Shown: positions 49,336-59,597, counted from the stretch's first letter. The stretch is DNA of 64,000 bases from an uncultured Acidobacteriota bacterium (GCA_963741955.1 CAVUKB010000001.1:192001-256000); one strand, 5' to 3'. Numbers and translations are program-made. Notes: generated from the sequence alone by a model not told the origin.

Positions 49336-50127
49336 CTACCGCGGCGGCGGCGGCGTGTTCGGCTGGGGTGACGCGGGCGCTTTCTGGACTCCCTGCTCGG
49401 TCACGGGGGGTGCTGGAGGAACGATCGCCTCGGCCGGCGGCTGAGGCGAGGGGGCACCTTCCATTTCGGCCGGCCGCTCCTCGTTCGACACCATGCCGGC
49501 GGGAATCCGCTGATAGAGGACTGCACGGCGGATGTGCTCGTCGGGGTAGAGGCGAAGGAGTGCGCGGTCGATCAGATGAGAGTCGAGAACCCGGGGGTTG
49601 ACGTCGACTTCGAGCAGGTTCGGGTTGATCGAGATCGCCTTCGCGTATTCGTCGATCGCGGCGTCTGTGCTCCCGCGGCGCTCGTAAAGAAGCCCGAGCT
49701 GGAAGTGGGCGGCCGGATGGCCCGGCTTCAGATCGACGACCTTGCGGAAGGCGTGCAGCGCGCCGGAGAAGTTTCCCCGCGCTTCGCGTGCGAGCCCGAG
49801 GTTGTACCAGGCGGGGTAGAGGTGAGAGTCGAGCCCGACTGCACGCATGAACTCGCGCTCCGCATCCTTCGGGAATCCTTTCGTACTGAGGAGCGCGCCG
49901 AGCTGATTGTGGAGGATCGGGTTGCTCGGATTCCGGCGGAGCGCATCGACAGTCTGCCGGATCTGCACGTCCAGCGCCTGATCCGTGGTCGCGTACTTCA
50001 TGTAGAACGGTGGCTTGCTGTACGGATTCTCTCCGGAGGTGATCCGGTCGATGCGGGCGCGAAGCGTGGTGCAACCGGTGGCGGCGACCAGAGCGACGAG
50101 CAGAAGTGGGATCCAGCGTGTTTTCAT
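49336..50127 (-). CDS. TPR lipoprotein
   Basis: MKTRWIPLLLVALVAATG-C; several TPRs; ATGA overlap. Confidence 0.85.
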   Translation of the reverse strand: MKTRWIPLLLVALVAATGCTTLRARIDRITSGENPYSKPPFYMKYATTDQALDVQIRQTVDALRRNPSNPILHNQLGALLSTKGFPKDAEREFMRAVGLDSHLYPAWYNLGLAREARGNFSGALHAFRKVVDLKPGHPAAHFQLGLLYERRGSTDAAIDEYAKAISINPNLLEVDVNPRVLDSHLIDRALLRLYPDEHIRRAVLYQRIPAGMVSNEERPAEMEGAPSPQPPAEAIVPPAPPVTEQGVQKAPASPQPNTPPPPR

Positions 50128-50747
50128 AGTTTTTCCTGCACGGGCTTTGCCCTGAGCTTGACCTTTCCGTCCACGGTCTCCACCCGGAAAGCCACTGCGG
50201 CGACGTTGTATTTCGTGCTCAGCTCCTGCGCCTGCTGCCGTACTCTTTCTGCAATCTGCGCAACGTTGACCGGAGTGTTCTTTCCGAGCCGGTTGTGTGC
50301 CTCCTGAACTTCGGCACAGAGACGCTGGATCGAATCGCCGGATCCGTCCAACGCCACTGTTACATACGATTCGGCGGGCCTTGACGTTACGTTCGGAGCA
50401 GGAGGTTTCTCGGCCTCCTCCGGAGGTTTCTCCACTTCCGGTGGTGGCGTTTCCTCGCCGAGGGCGGCCGAGCGGCGCCGGTAGTCGACCGGTCCTTCCT
50501 CGCGCTCGCGCATCAGACGGCCCCAGAGCTCCTGATACTGGTTGTAACGCGAAACGAGCGTGGAGAAGCGGAACCTCTGCGCGTTGTCGCGGACCCGGAG
50601 CTTCGAGGTTTCCCGGATCAGCTGGTCGAGGCGGCGACGGTCCTCGGTCGGCGGAAGCTTCCGCGTTCCAGCGAAGAACATGTCGTACATGGTCTTGAGC
50701 CGTTTGATCGAATCCTCGATCAGATTGTTCGTTTCCTCGGGCGTCAT
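50124..50747 (-). CDS. MXAN_5187 C-terminal-domain-like protein
   Basis: YDMFFAG..KLPP, RFRFSTL..RY..Y..LW, VAFRVETVDGKVKLRAKP. Confidence 0.7.
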   Translation of the reverse strand: MTPEETNNLIEDSIKRLKTMYDMFFAGTRKLPPTEDRRRLDQLIRETSKLRVRDNAQRFRFSTLVSRYNQYQELWGRLMREREEGPVDYRRRSAALGEETPPPEVEKPPEEAEKPPAPNVTSRPAESYVTVALDGSGDSIQRLCAEVQEAHNRLGKNTPVNVAQIAERVRQQAQELSTKYNVAAVAFRVETVDGKVKLRAKPVQEKL

Positions 50748-50796
50748 CGGTCCGTCCGCGTCTCCTGTCCCGCCTCAACGATACAATATCCGGACG

Positions 50797-52161
50797 ATGT
50801 CAGGAAAATCACCGGTCCCGGACGCTCCGTCACGAAACGACAACTCGCTGCTCCGCGGCATACCTTCCGTCGAGCGTCTCCTCACCGACCACGATCTCGA
50901 CGGGCTGATCGGAACGTACGGACGCGATGCGGTCAAGAGACACTTGACCCGAGAGCTGGAACGTTTCCGCGCTGCACCGGACGCACCGTTCTCGAAAGAG
51001 CGTCTCGTCGCCGCTCTGGGCGACGCCCTCGCCGCGGCATGGGCATCCTCCCTGGTCCGGGTGATCAACGCTTCGGGAGTGATCATCCACACGAACCTCG
51101 GCCGCTCCCCGGTGGATGGCCGTCTCTGGAGCGATGCAGGGGTGCTCGTCTCGCACTACTCGAATCTCGAATTCGATCTCGCGAAAGGGGAACGTGGCAG
51201 GCGCGACGACCATCTCCGACAGATCGCGGGGAGCCTGTTCGGCGCTGAAGCCGCGATTCTCACCAACAACAACGCGTCGGCGGTTCTCCTGGTGCTCGCG
51301 ACCCTCGCCGCGGGAAAGGAAGTGATCGTCTCCCGCGGCGAGCTGGTGGAGATCGGTGGCGGCTTCCGCGTCCCCGACGTTCTCCGGCAGGGAGGTGCGA
51401 AGCTCCGGGAAGTCGGTACCACCAACAAGACGCGTGCGGCGGATTTCGAAGAGGCGATCGGAGAGGAGACCGCGGCGCTTCTCCGCGTGCACCGCTCGAA
51501 CTTCGAGATCGTCGGCTTCACCGAATCGCCGACCGTGTCGCAGCTCGCGGAGCTCGGCCGCGAGCGCGGCATCCCTCTGGTGATGGACGAAGGCGCCGGG
51601 CACGTCGTCGACGTGTCGAAGTATGGATTCTCCCGCAAGGAGACCATCCGGGAGCTGATCGAGAGCGGAGTCGATGTGGTGACCTGCTCGACAGACAAGC
51701 TGATCGGCGCCACGCAGGGAGGATTGATCATCGGACGCGAGGAGATCGTCCGGAAATGCGCGCGCCACCCGCTGATGCGCGCCCTTCGCGCCGGGAAGGA
51801 AAGCTACGCGTTGATCGGCGCCGCCCTGCGTACTTTCGGCTCAGGCCAGCACGAGCAGCGGATCCCGATCTACCGGATGCTCGCCACGCCCGTCGAGGAG
51901 CTGCACCTCCGCGCCTCGGCGCTCGCCGAAAGTTGCGGCGGAGAGGTGGTCGAGACTCGCTCCGCGCTCGGTGGCGGAACCACTCCCACCGAGACCATTC
52001 CCTCCGCCGGCGTCGCTCTTCCCGGTGACGGGCAGGCGAATTACGAACGCCTCCTCCACGCTACGATCCCGATCGTGTCACGCATCGAGAACGACCGGTG
52101 CATTCTCGACCTCCGGACCGTTCTGCGGGACGAGGATGATGTGTTGAGGGCGGAGATCTGA
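50797..52161 (+). CDS. selA: L-seryl-tRNA(Sec) selenium transferase
   Basis: INASGVIIHTNLGRSP, SRGELVEIGGGFRVPD, EVGTTN, DKL, RALR. Confidence 0.93.
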   Translation: MSGKSPVPDAPSRNDNSLLRGIPSVERLLTDHDLDGLIGTYGRDAVKRHLTRELERFRAAPDAPFSKERLVAALGDALAAAWASSLVRVINASGVIIHTNLGRSPVDGRLWSDAGVLVSHYSNLEFDLAKGERGRRDDHLRQIAGSLFGAEAAILTNNNASAVLLVLATLAAGKEVIVSRGELVEIGGGFRVPDVLRQGGAKLREVGTTNKTRAADFEEAIGEETAALLRVHRSNFEIVGFTESPTVSQLAELGRERGIPLVMDEGAGHVVDVSKYGFSRKETIRELIESGVDVVTCSTDKLIGATQGGLIIGREEIVRKCARHPLMRALRAGKESYALIGAALRTFGSGQHEQRIPIYRMLATPVEELHLRASALAESCGGEVVETRSALGGGTTPTETIPSAGVALPGDGQANYERLLHATIPIVSRIENDRCILDLRTVLRDEDDVLRAEI

Positions 52162-52198
52162 GGAGCGGAGGTCGGGGAGCAAGAGAGAACGTCCGTCT

Positions 52199-52241
52199 GA
52201 CTTGTCGGACTTGTCGGACTTGTCGGACATGTCTGACTTGT
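52199..52241. repeat. 9-bp tandem repeat (GACTTGTCG)n
   Basis: About five units between convergent selA and tsaE. Confidence 0.8.
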
Positions 52242-52255
52242 CTTTTCTCTCTGCC

Positions 52256-52690
52256 TCAGCTCTCCGAGCTCATCCGGATCTCACGGCTCTCGTCGCCGCC
52301 CATCCGGATCTCGATGGTGACGTTGTGGCGGCCGAAGGCTTCGAATCCGTGACGCGGCCACTCGATCAGTTTGATCCCCTCGCCTCGAAGGATCTCCGGG
52401 ATCCCGATCTCTTCCCACTCGTGGAGCTGTCCGCTGAGGCGATAGCCATCGATGTGAATGATCGACGGGCCGTCGGGAAGCGGGTACTCGTGAATGATCG
52501 CGAATGACGGAGAGCTGACCTCCAGCGGGTTTGCGCCGAGAGCGGTGGCGATGGCACGCGCGAGAGTGGTCTTGCCGGCGCCGAGGTCTCCGACCAGGTG
52601 CACCACCGCATCGGGAGGGAGGAGCGGGGCGATCTCCCTTCCTGCCGCCATCGTTTCGTCTTCGTCGTGCGAGAGCCAGCTTCTGTTCAT
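52256..52690 (-). CDS. tsaE: t6A biosynthesis ATPase TsaE
   Basis: GDLGAGKT, VSSPSF, HIDGYRL, IEW. Confidence 0.93.
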   Translation of the reverse strand: MNRSWLSHDEDETMAAGREIAPLLPPDAVVHLVGDLGAGKTTLARAIATALGANPLEVSSPSFAIIHEYPLPDGPSIIHIDGYRLSGQLHEWEEIGIPEILRGEGIKLIEWPRHGFEAFGRHNVTIEIRMGGDESREIRMSSES

Positions 52691-54219
52691 TCGTGGTTCC
52701 GGATCATCTCGATGGCTTTGGGAATGCGGTCCGCGAGATCCATGGCGGCGAGACCGGCGTCGGAGAGCTCGTCGCGGAGGATGTCTCCCGCGACGCCGTG
52801 AACGAAGACTGCGGCACGGGCGGCCTCGAAGGGATCGAAACCCTGGCCGAGGTACGAGAGGACGAGTCCGCCGAGGACGTCGCCCATTCCACCGGTCGCC
52901 ATGCCGGGATTCCCGGTCGGATTGACGGCGACGTGGCCGTCGGGATCGGCGACGAGCGTCTTGTCTCCCTTGAGGATCACGACGCATCCGGTGCGGCGTG
53001 CGGTCTCGACGGTGAGCTCGACGCGACGGGCGAGAAGCTCGCGGGTGGAGATGCCGAGGAGGCGGGAGAGCTCTCCCGGATGAGGGGTGAGGATGCAGGT
53101 TCTCTTCGCCACGTTGATGTCGTCGGGATGGCCCGCGAACGCGTTGATCGCTCCGGCGTCGAGCACCATCGGCTTGTCGAGCTTGCGGAGAAGGAGATGG
53201 ATGAACTCGTACGCATCCTCTTCGTCCGGCAGACCGGAACCGATCAGCACCGCGTCTTTCTCTTCGACGAACTTCAGGATGGAAGGGATGGAGCGCGGTT
53301 CGAGGTGCACGCGGTGGGTCATCGATTCGATGGAGACGGAGTCGACGACGTCGGCGGTGTCCGGATCGGTGATCACGGTGACCAGCCCCGACCCTCCACG
53401 GACTGCGCCGCGGGCGGAGAGGATGGCCGCACCGCTCTTCCCCGGCGATCCCGCGACGATCGACACGTGACCGTACGTTCCTTTGTGCGTATCGGGACGG
53501 CGCGGCGGGAAGAGGATCGCGATCTCGTCACTCCGCATCAGTGAGAGCATCACTCCTTCCGCTTCGATGGCGGCGGCGGGAATGGAGATGTCGGCGATGG
53601 CGATCTCGCCGCAGTAGTCGGATGCGGGCGCGAAGACGTGAGCGATCTTAGGGAGAGCGAAGGTCACGGTGAGCTCGGCCATGATCACCGGATCGCCTGT
53701 TTCGGCGGACGATCCATCGAGACCGCTGGGAATGTCGACCGCGACGATCGGGAGGCGGAGATTCATCATTCCCCGGATCGCGTCGGCGGGAAGGCCGGTC
53801 GGAGGCCGATTGAGTCCGGTGCCGAAGATCGCGTCGACGACCAGGTCGGCCTCGGTGGCTCTGGCCAGCGCCTGGTCGAGCGAGTCGGTGTCGGTGACTT
53901 CCGCGACCTGGATCCCCATCCGGTCGCAGATCACCAGATTCGTCTGCGCGTCACCCTGGTACCGGTCGCGGGAACCGATGAGAAAGACCATCGGAACGAT
54001 GCCGTGATTTTCGAGATGGCGGGCGATGGCGAGACCGTCGCCGCCATTGTTTCCGGAGCCGCAGAAGATTGCGGCGCGCTCGGCGTCCGGGTAGTGTCGC
54101 TCGATCGCTTCCACCACTCCGATCGCCGCGTTCTCCATCAGGACCACGGAGGGAATGCCGTACGCGTCGATCGCTCGCTGATCGATGTTTCGCATCTGTT
54201 CGGACGTGACGACCTTCAT
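52687..54219 (-). CDS. nnr: Bifunctional NAD(P)HX epimerase/dehydratase
   Basis: Start MKVVTSEQMR; LMENA, GNNGGDG, HKGTYG, LTPHPGE, MATGGMGDVL. Confidence 0.95.
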   Translation of the reverse strand: MKVVTSEQMRNIDQRAIDAYGIPSVVLMENAAIGVVEAIERHYPDAERAAIFCGSGNNGGDGLAIARHLENHGIVPMVFLIGSRDRYQGDAQTNLVICDRMGIQVAEVTDTDSLDQALARATEADLVVDAIFGTGLNRPPTGLPADAIRGMMNLRLPIVAVDIPSGLDGSSAETGDPVIMAELTVTFALPKIAHVFAPASDYCGEIAIADISIPAAAIEAEGVMLSLMRSDEIAILFPPRRPDTHKGTYGHVSIVAGSPGKSGAAILSARGAVRGGSGLVTVITDPDTADVVDSVSIESMTHRVHLEPRSIPSILKFVEEKDAVLIGSGLPDEEDAYEFIHLLLRKLDKPMVLDAGAINAFAGHPDDINVAKRTCILTPHPGELSRLLGISTRELLARRVELTVETARRTGCVVILKGDKTLVADPDGHVAVNPTGNPGMATGGMGDVLGGLVLSYLGQGFDPFEAARAAVFVHGVAGDILRDELSDAGLAAMDLADRIPKAIEMIRNHE

Positions 54220-54911
54220 GAGATCCACCCCCATTCGCGAAGAGTCTGCCCCACTCGGGGAGAGGTCCGGTCCGGCGGAAGCGTGCGGAGATCCTCGGCT
54301 CGATCGATGTCGCTGCGACGCGGGAGGATGGTCACCGAGGCCGCCTTGTGGCGAATGCGATCGAGAGTCGATTCGAAGACAGTCGAAGCGCCCCACTCGA
54401 TTCCTTCGAAGACGGCCGGCGTGAACGCGCGGTTGCGGCATCCGATCAGGTAATAGCCGCCGTCTTCGGCCGGGCCGACCACCCACTCGCAGCCGTCGAG
54501 TATGCGGAAGCAGAGCTCGATCTGTGGCCGGGAGAGGGTCGGGTCATCAGTTCCGATCACGACGATCTTTTCCGCACCGTGAAAGAAGATCCGTTCGCTG
54601 ATCGCGACGGTCATTCGCTCGCCCAGGTCGCGGCCGGACTGCTCAGCGGTCTCCAGATCCCCGAACCAATGGGCGAGAATCTCTCCACTGACGTCGCTCT
54701 CCGCGGTCCAGAGCACCTCGATCTCGATTCCGTCACTGGAGGCACCCATGGATTCGAGGAGATCCGCGAGCATCGACTGGTAGAGCCGGAGGGCCCGGTC
54801 GAGCCCGATCTCCGAAGCGACGCGAGTCTTCACCTTCCCGAGCTCCGGAACCCGGGCGAATACGAGGAGGCGCTGGCGCGGTCGTTTCGTGACGGGGAAG
54901 CTTTTCAGCAT
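54216..54911 (-). CDS. TIGR04282 / DUF2064 family glycosyltransferase
   Basis: GKVKTR, QSGRDLGERM, IGTDDP, GPAEDGGYYLIG, DID..EDL. Confidence 0.88.
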   Translation of the reverse strand: MLKSFPVTKRPRQRLLVFARVPELGKVKTRVASEIGLDRALRLYQSMLADLLESMGASSDGIEIEVLWTAESDVSGEILAHWFGDLETAEQSGRDLGERMTVAISERIFFHGAEKIVVIGTDDPTLSRPQIELCFRILDGCEWVVGPAEDGGYYLIGCRNRAFTPAVFEGIEWGASTVFESTLDRIRHKAASVTILPRRSDIDRAEDLRTLPPDRTSPRVGQTLREWGWIS

Positions 54912-54937
54912 GCAACGGGCAAGTATACGATGAGCGG

Positions 54938-55747
54938 ATGCCAGAGGAATCACCGACGGTCGCGCTGCTCACGGACTTCGGAACGCGCGATCCGTACGTG
55001 GCGGCGATGAAGGGCGTCCTTCTCGCCGGCTGCGGCGCCACGCTGGTCGATCTCGGTCACGATCTCCCTCCGTTCGATCCCTTCGCGGCGGGCCTCTTTC
55101 TCCGCGCGATCGTTTCCTACTATCCTCGTCGCCCCGATCCCGCCTCCCGAATGATCTTCGTCGCGGTGATCGATCCCGGAGTCGGAACTTCGAGGAAGAT
55201 TCTGGCTGCGGAGGAGGAGGGCCAGGTCTTCGTCGCGCCGGACAATGGCCTGTTGTCGCTCGTACTGGGAGAAGAGGCAGCGATCCACTCGGCGGAGAAT
55301 CCTGCGTACTTTCTTCCCGGAGGGAGCAGTACGTTTCACGGAAGGGATCGCTTCGCTCCGGTGGCGGCGGCTCTCGCGAACGGTATCGAGCTGCGGGAGC
55401 TCGGGCCGCGCGTCCCGCGGCAGTCGATGGTGAAGCTCGAATACGAGGTACCTTGCTACGAAGCGGAGAAGGCGGTGGGAACCGTCGTCTCCATCGATCA
55501 TTTCGGAAACGTGATCACCGATCTCGAGGTGGTGCGCATTCCGTCGCTCGAGCGGGCGGTCGCGAGGGTCGGTCTCCGCGAAGTGCGGGATTTTTCCGGA
55601 ACTTACGGTGAGCGGTCGGGATCGAAGGAGCCGTTCATGATCGTTGGATCGTCGGGAAGCGTGGAGATCTCGCTGGCGAGCGCGAGCGCGGCAGAGGTCT
55701 TGCAAATCCGGCGGTTCGACAGAGTCGAAATCCAGTACAAAGGATGA
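54938..55747 (+). CDS. DUF62 SAM hydroxide adenosyltransferase (SAM hydrolase)
   Basis: LLTDFG..DPY, VIDPGVGTSR, STFHGRD, IDHFGN. Confidence 0.9.
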   Translation: MPEESPTVALLTDFGTRDPYVAAMKGVLLAGCGATLVDLGHDLPPFDPFAAGLFLRAIVSYYPRRPDPASRMIFVAVIDPGVGTSRKILAAEEEGQVFVAPDNGLLSLVLGEEAAIHSAENPAYFLPGGSSTFHGRDRFAPVAAALANGIELRELGPRVPRQSMVKLEYEVPCYEAEKAVGTVVSIDHFGNVITDLEVVRIPSLERAVARVGLREVRDFSGTYGERSGSKEPFMIVGSSGSVEISLASASAAEVLQIRRFDRVEIQYKG

Positions 55748-55750
55748 ATC

Positions 55751-57442
55751 GTGAGTCGTTTTGACTGGCGCTCGAAGCGCTTTCGCCTCGGTCTGCTCGC
55801 CGTCCTGGCCGGCGTGATCATCATCGTTGCCGCGGTCTACTTCCTCCTCGGGATTCCGCTCCGGAACGCGCGCGAGGAATGGATGGCGGGTAAGAGCATG
55901 GACGCGGTCGAGACTCTGCGGCCGTGGTCGAAGCTCCACCTTCGCTCGGGCGACTTCGACCTGGAGATGGCCGCGGCCTATCTAACCGCGGGGAGTCCCC
56001 ACCAGGCGGCGCCGTATCTCGATGCGCTCTCGCGGCATTCGCCGTTCTTTTTCCCGGAGATCCGGAAGTGGGAGGTCGGCGAGAAGCTGCTCGCCGAGGG
56101 ACGTTACGACTCGTTCCTGCAATACGACCGGGCCGTGCGCGAGCGGTTCGAGCCGGAGGCGACGAAGCTCTATCGCGCGGCTGCGGCTCTCGGTACGGAC
56201 AAGCTCGCGACGGCGAAAGAGGTCTTCGACGGGATCGAGGAGTCGAAGGTCGATCCGACGAAATACGCAGCGCTGAAGAAGTCGATCGACGACCGGGCGA
56301 ACGGAAGCTATCCGATGGTGTTCGACCGCGAGGGGAGACCGATCGCGATCTGGCAGATGCGCAATCGGGACCTCGTGACTATCGACACGCAGTTCTCGCC
56401 ATTGATCGACCGCTCGGGAGGGAACCAGACCATCGAGACCGCGTTGAGCAGGATCGGCGGCGGTTCGACCTTCAACACCACGCTCGACCCTGCGGTCCAG
56501 AACGCTGCGCTCTACGCACTGGGAGGCTTCCGCGGCTCGATGGTGGTGATCGACGTCAAGAGGAACGAGATTCTCGCGGTCGCTTCGAATCCGGGCACGG
56601 GAGCTCCGGCCAACATCGCGTTCGAGGGTTTCTACGAGCCCGGGTCGGTGATCAAGCCGCTGACCGCGCTCGCCGCGATCGACCACGGCGTGGACCTCGG
56701 GAAGATCTTTCCGTTCCAGTGTGGAGGGTTCCTCACCATCGATGGGAAGATGTTCTACGACTGGGCCAAGCACGAGAAGGTCGAGAACCTGAACGAAGCG
56801 ACGGCGGTGTCGTGTAACGGCGCGTACGGAGAGATCGGGATGCAGCTCGGCCGCGACGAGCTGCTCCAGTTCCTCCACCAGGCGGGCTTCGGCGCAAACG
56901 TCACGCTGGGTATCCTGAAGGTTCCCCTCGGCCGGATCGTCGGTCCGATCGAATCGAAATACGACGTCGCGAATCTCGCGATCGGTCTCGGGCACGAACG
57001 GATCAACGCCCTTCATCTCGCGATGATGGCGGAGATGATCGCGAGCGAAGGGAAGCTGCGCGTCCCCACTCTCTTTACTGCTCGGCGTAATGTGCTCGGC
57101 GAGCCGATGCCGCTTCCCGCTTCGGTTCCGCCGCGGCAGATCGCCTCGGAAGGCGCGGACGCACGGGTGGAGCAGGCGATGGAGGCGGTGGTCGTCAATC
57201 CGCGGGGGACGGGCCGGCGCGCAGCGGTCAGTGGTGTCCCGATCGCGATGAAGACCGGAACCGCGGGCCACCGCGAACCGGGTTACAGCGCGCTGATCAT
57301 GGCCTTCGCGCCGGCCGGAGACCCGAGGATCGCGATCGGAATGATCGCGGAGAACGCCGGTCCGGCAGAGATCGCGGGGGCGAAGATCGCTCACGATTTC
57401 TTCTCCCAGATGGCACCGAGATTAGAGACCAGCGGCGAGTGA
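55751..57442 (+). CDS. Penicillin-binding transpeptidase with helical (TPR-like) N-terminus
   Basis: EPGSVIK, SCN, KTGTA; N-terminal TM. Confidence 0.85.
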   Translation: MSRFDWRSKRFRLGLLAVLAGVIIIVAAVYFLLGIPLRNAREEWMAGKSMDAVETLRPWSKLHLRSGDFDLEMAAAYLTAGSPHQAAPYLDALSRHSPFFFPEIRKWEVGEKLLAEGRYDSFLQYDRAVRERFEPEATKLYRAAAALGTDKLATAKEVFDGIEESKVDPTKYAALKKSIDDRANGSYPMVFDREGRPIAIWQMRNRDLVTIDTQFSPLIDRSGGNQTIETALSRIGGGSTFNTTLDPAVQNAALYALGGFRGSMVVIDVKRNEILAVASNPGTGAPANIAFEGFYEPGSVIKPLTALAAIDHGVDLGKIFPFQCGGFLTIDGKMFYDWAKHEKVENLNEATAVSCNGAYGEIGMQLGRDELLQFLHQAGFGANVTLGILKVPLGRIVGPIESKYDVANLAIGLGHERINALHLAMMAEMIASEGKLRVPTLFTARRNVLGEPMPLPASVPPRQIASEGADARVEQAMEAVVVNPRGTGRRAAVSGVPIAMKTGTAGHREPGYSALIMAFAPAGDPRIAIGMIAENAGPAEIAGAKIAHDFFSQMAPRLETSGE

Positions 57443-57566
57443 CGAGCGAAGAGTGACGAGTGAAGAGTTGCGAGTGAAGAGTGGCGAGTGACACTCGTCT
57501 CCCTACTGAGCTAATGGCTCGAGACCCTCCTCGACTCTCGACTCTCACCGCTCACCGCTCGCCGCT
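57439..57566. repeat. Opposed heptamer tracts (GAGTGAC/GAGTGAA; CTCTCGA/CTCACCG)
   Basis: Seen between the convergent PBP and GT genes. Confidence 0.7.
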
Positions 57567-59275
57567 CGCTTGACGAGGTACACATCGATCGAGTTGCCGA
57601 CGGTGGCGATCCGTTCTCCCTTCGCTTGAAGCTCCATGAGACGCAGTCCCGACGCGGGGGAGAAGCGTGCGATCGTGGAGAGCTCCCTCCGCATCGGAGA
57701 TTCGGGGGGAAGGCCGGCATACGCTGTCAGCTCCACGAAGAGCGTGCGACTGACGGCATAGGTTCCCGGCGTGAGTGGCGCGTCGGGGTCGAGACGGCTG
57801 AATCCGGGGCCGAGCTCGACTTCCGGGAGAGAGCCTCCCATCAGAAGAACCCGGGCCGGCAACATTCCGCGCGCTCGGAGGAGCGAGGCGAGCCTGCTGT
57901 TGTCCTGACCCCAGTCGACGTTCGAGTCGCTCAGGAGGGACGTCGCGGTGTCGCGGCTTCCCGCCTGTACACCGAAGAACCCCATGTAATGCGGCCACGC
58001 GACGAAGGAGCGGGCGCAGGTCGCGCAGACGAGGATCGTCGCGGCAATCCGGAGTGTGCGGGAGTGCCGGATCTCTCCTGGTGCGAGAAGGCGCGAGGCC
58101 CAGACGAAAAGAAGCGGATAGATCGGGAGAAGATGCCGGATGCCGATGTTGTAAGTGGAGAAGATCGAGACGAAGAGATAGAGAAGGACCGGCGTGAGGA
58201 GCGCGAGGTCGAGCCGGTCGCGTTTCAGCACGAGCATTCCGGCGGAAAGAAGAAGGAGAAGGAGAGTCGGGAGGGGAGTCTTGAGGAGGAACGCGACGGG
58301 AAAGTAGAACCACCATCCATCGCGGGAAAACGCGCCCCCGAAGTAATTCACTGCGACGCCGGCGCCGCGGCCGAGGAAGCTCTCGAAGCCGAACCAGTAG
58401 AGCCCGAGGGGCCGAAGCGGCGCGGAACCGAAGAGGATCCGGTCGAGCGGAGTGCCGATGGAAGCGAGGCGCTGCGCGAGATGCTGGTCGACGCCGCGCA
58501 CCATCACCGCCATTCCGATCCAGAGCGTCGCGAATGCGATCGCACCTGCGACTGCCAGTACGAACACGCCTCGTCGCCGGCGGGAATTCGATCCCGGAAT
58601 CGATGTGAGAATCACGGCGATGCCGAAGCCGGCCAGAAGAATCACCGCGGAATACTTGGAGAGGAGTGCCGCTCCCCAGAGAAGGCCTGAGAGAAGTGGC
58701 CAGCCGTAACGGGCGAGTGGTGACGACGACTCGTCCAGTGCGCAGATCCCGGCGAAGAACGCAGTGGTGGCGAAGAGCGTCACCGCGAGATCGGTGTGCA
58801 CCAGGTGTCCGACGGCAAGAAAGAGAGGCGAGAAGAGGGTCAGGGCTGCAGCGGCGATCGAGGACCACGGGCCGGCGTACCGCCACACGAAAGACGCGAC
58901 GGCGAACCCGAGGAGAATCATGCCGAACACGAACGGGAGTCGCCCGAGGTAAAGCATCTCGTGAAGGGGGAGAGCGTTGCGGTAAGCGAAGTCGGCGACC
59001 GCGATCCCGAGGCGGTTGCCGGTCCAGAGGTCGACGTACGGTGGTGGCAGCGCTCCGCCGCGGAGGAGCGGAGCGGCGGCTGCGATCTTGGCCAGTGGGG
59101 GATGTTCGAGATTGATGGTGGTCTGACCCCGGGTGAGGAGGAGCGCCCCGGCAAAAAGGTGGATCTGCTCGTCCTCGGTGCTGCTGTCGGTAGCCGCGAG
59201 GCGGAGGTTCATCATCAGCCCGACCGCGAGGAGGAGGGCGAGGAGCGCGAGGCGTTTCTCGACTCGGCGAGACAT
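57545..59275 (-). CDS. GT39/ArnT/PMT-like membrane glycosyltransferase
   Basis: DE..H, EHPPLAK, LVHTD, KYSA, YFPVAFLLKTP, IGIRHLLP, DSNVDWGQD. Confidence 0.85.
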   Translation of the reverse strand: MSRRVEKRLALLALLLAVGLMMNLRLAATDSSTEDEQIHLFAGALLLTRGQTTINLEHPPLAKIAAAAPLLRGGALPPPYVDLWTGNRLGIAVADFAYRNALPLHEMLYLGRLPFVFGMILLGFAVASFVWRYAGPWSSIAAAALTLFSPLFLAVGHLVHTDLAVTLFATTAFFAGICALDESSSPLARYGWPLLSGLLWGAALLSKYSAVILLAGFGIAVILTSIPGSNSRRRRGVFVLAVAGAIAFATLWIGMAVMVRGVDQHLAQRLASIGTPLDRILFGSAPLRPLGLYWFGFESFLGRGAGVAVNYFGGAFSRDGWWFYFPVAFLLKTPLPTLLLLLLSAGMLVLKRDRLDLALLTPVLLYLFVSIFSTYNIGIRHLLPIYPLLFVWASRLLAPGEIRHSRTLRIAATILVCATCARSFVAWPHYMGFFGVQAGSRDTATSLLSDSNVDWGQDNSRLASLLRARGMLPARVLLMGGSLPEVELGPGFSRLDPDAPLTPGTYAVSRTLFVELTAYAGLPPESPMRRELSTIARFSPASGLRLMELQAKGERIATVGNSIDVYLVKRAASGER

Positions 59276-59597
59276 GGGAGGCATGGTACTCGATGCGAGG
59301 GATCGGGGGTCGGGAGTCGGGGCCGGGGATCGGGGTGAAGAACAGCCGAACTAAGAATGCGGAATGCAGGATTCAGGCGCCACCCGAAAGAGAGGAGCGC
59401 GATCATTCGTCGCACCCCGAAGGGGCGCCGGAGTTTCGCAGCAGAATGGAGAAGGAAGACGAGAGAAGGTCCTCCTTCCTTCTTCAATCTGCATTCATCG
59501 GGTACCTCTCAGTCAGGTCCGGATCTTTCACCCGTCGCTGATCCGCCATCCCTCGATCCCCGACCCCCGCCCCCCCGATTCCCTGTACCATTGCCGC

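Noticed and set aside
48568-49444. Repetitive ORFs (AQIAQI / RKSRKS / ANRANR)
   Set aside because: The same peptides appear in all frames because the period is 88 bp; by-products of the DNA repeat.
52162-52255. tRNA-Sec after selA
   Set aside because: Gap too short and occupied by a 9-bp microsatellite; no tRNA or rRNA was recognised anywhere in the window.
54938-55747. SAM-dependent chlorinase/fluorinase
   Set aside because: Has the Asp/Arg/His hydrolase signature (DPGVG..R, TFHGRD) of DUF62 and no halometabolite genes nearby.
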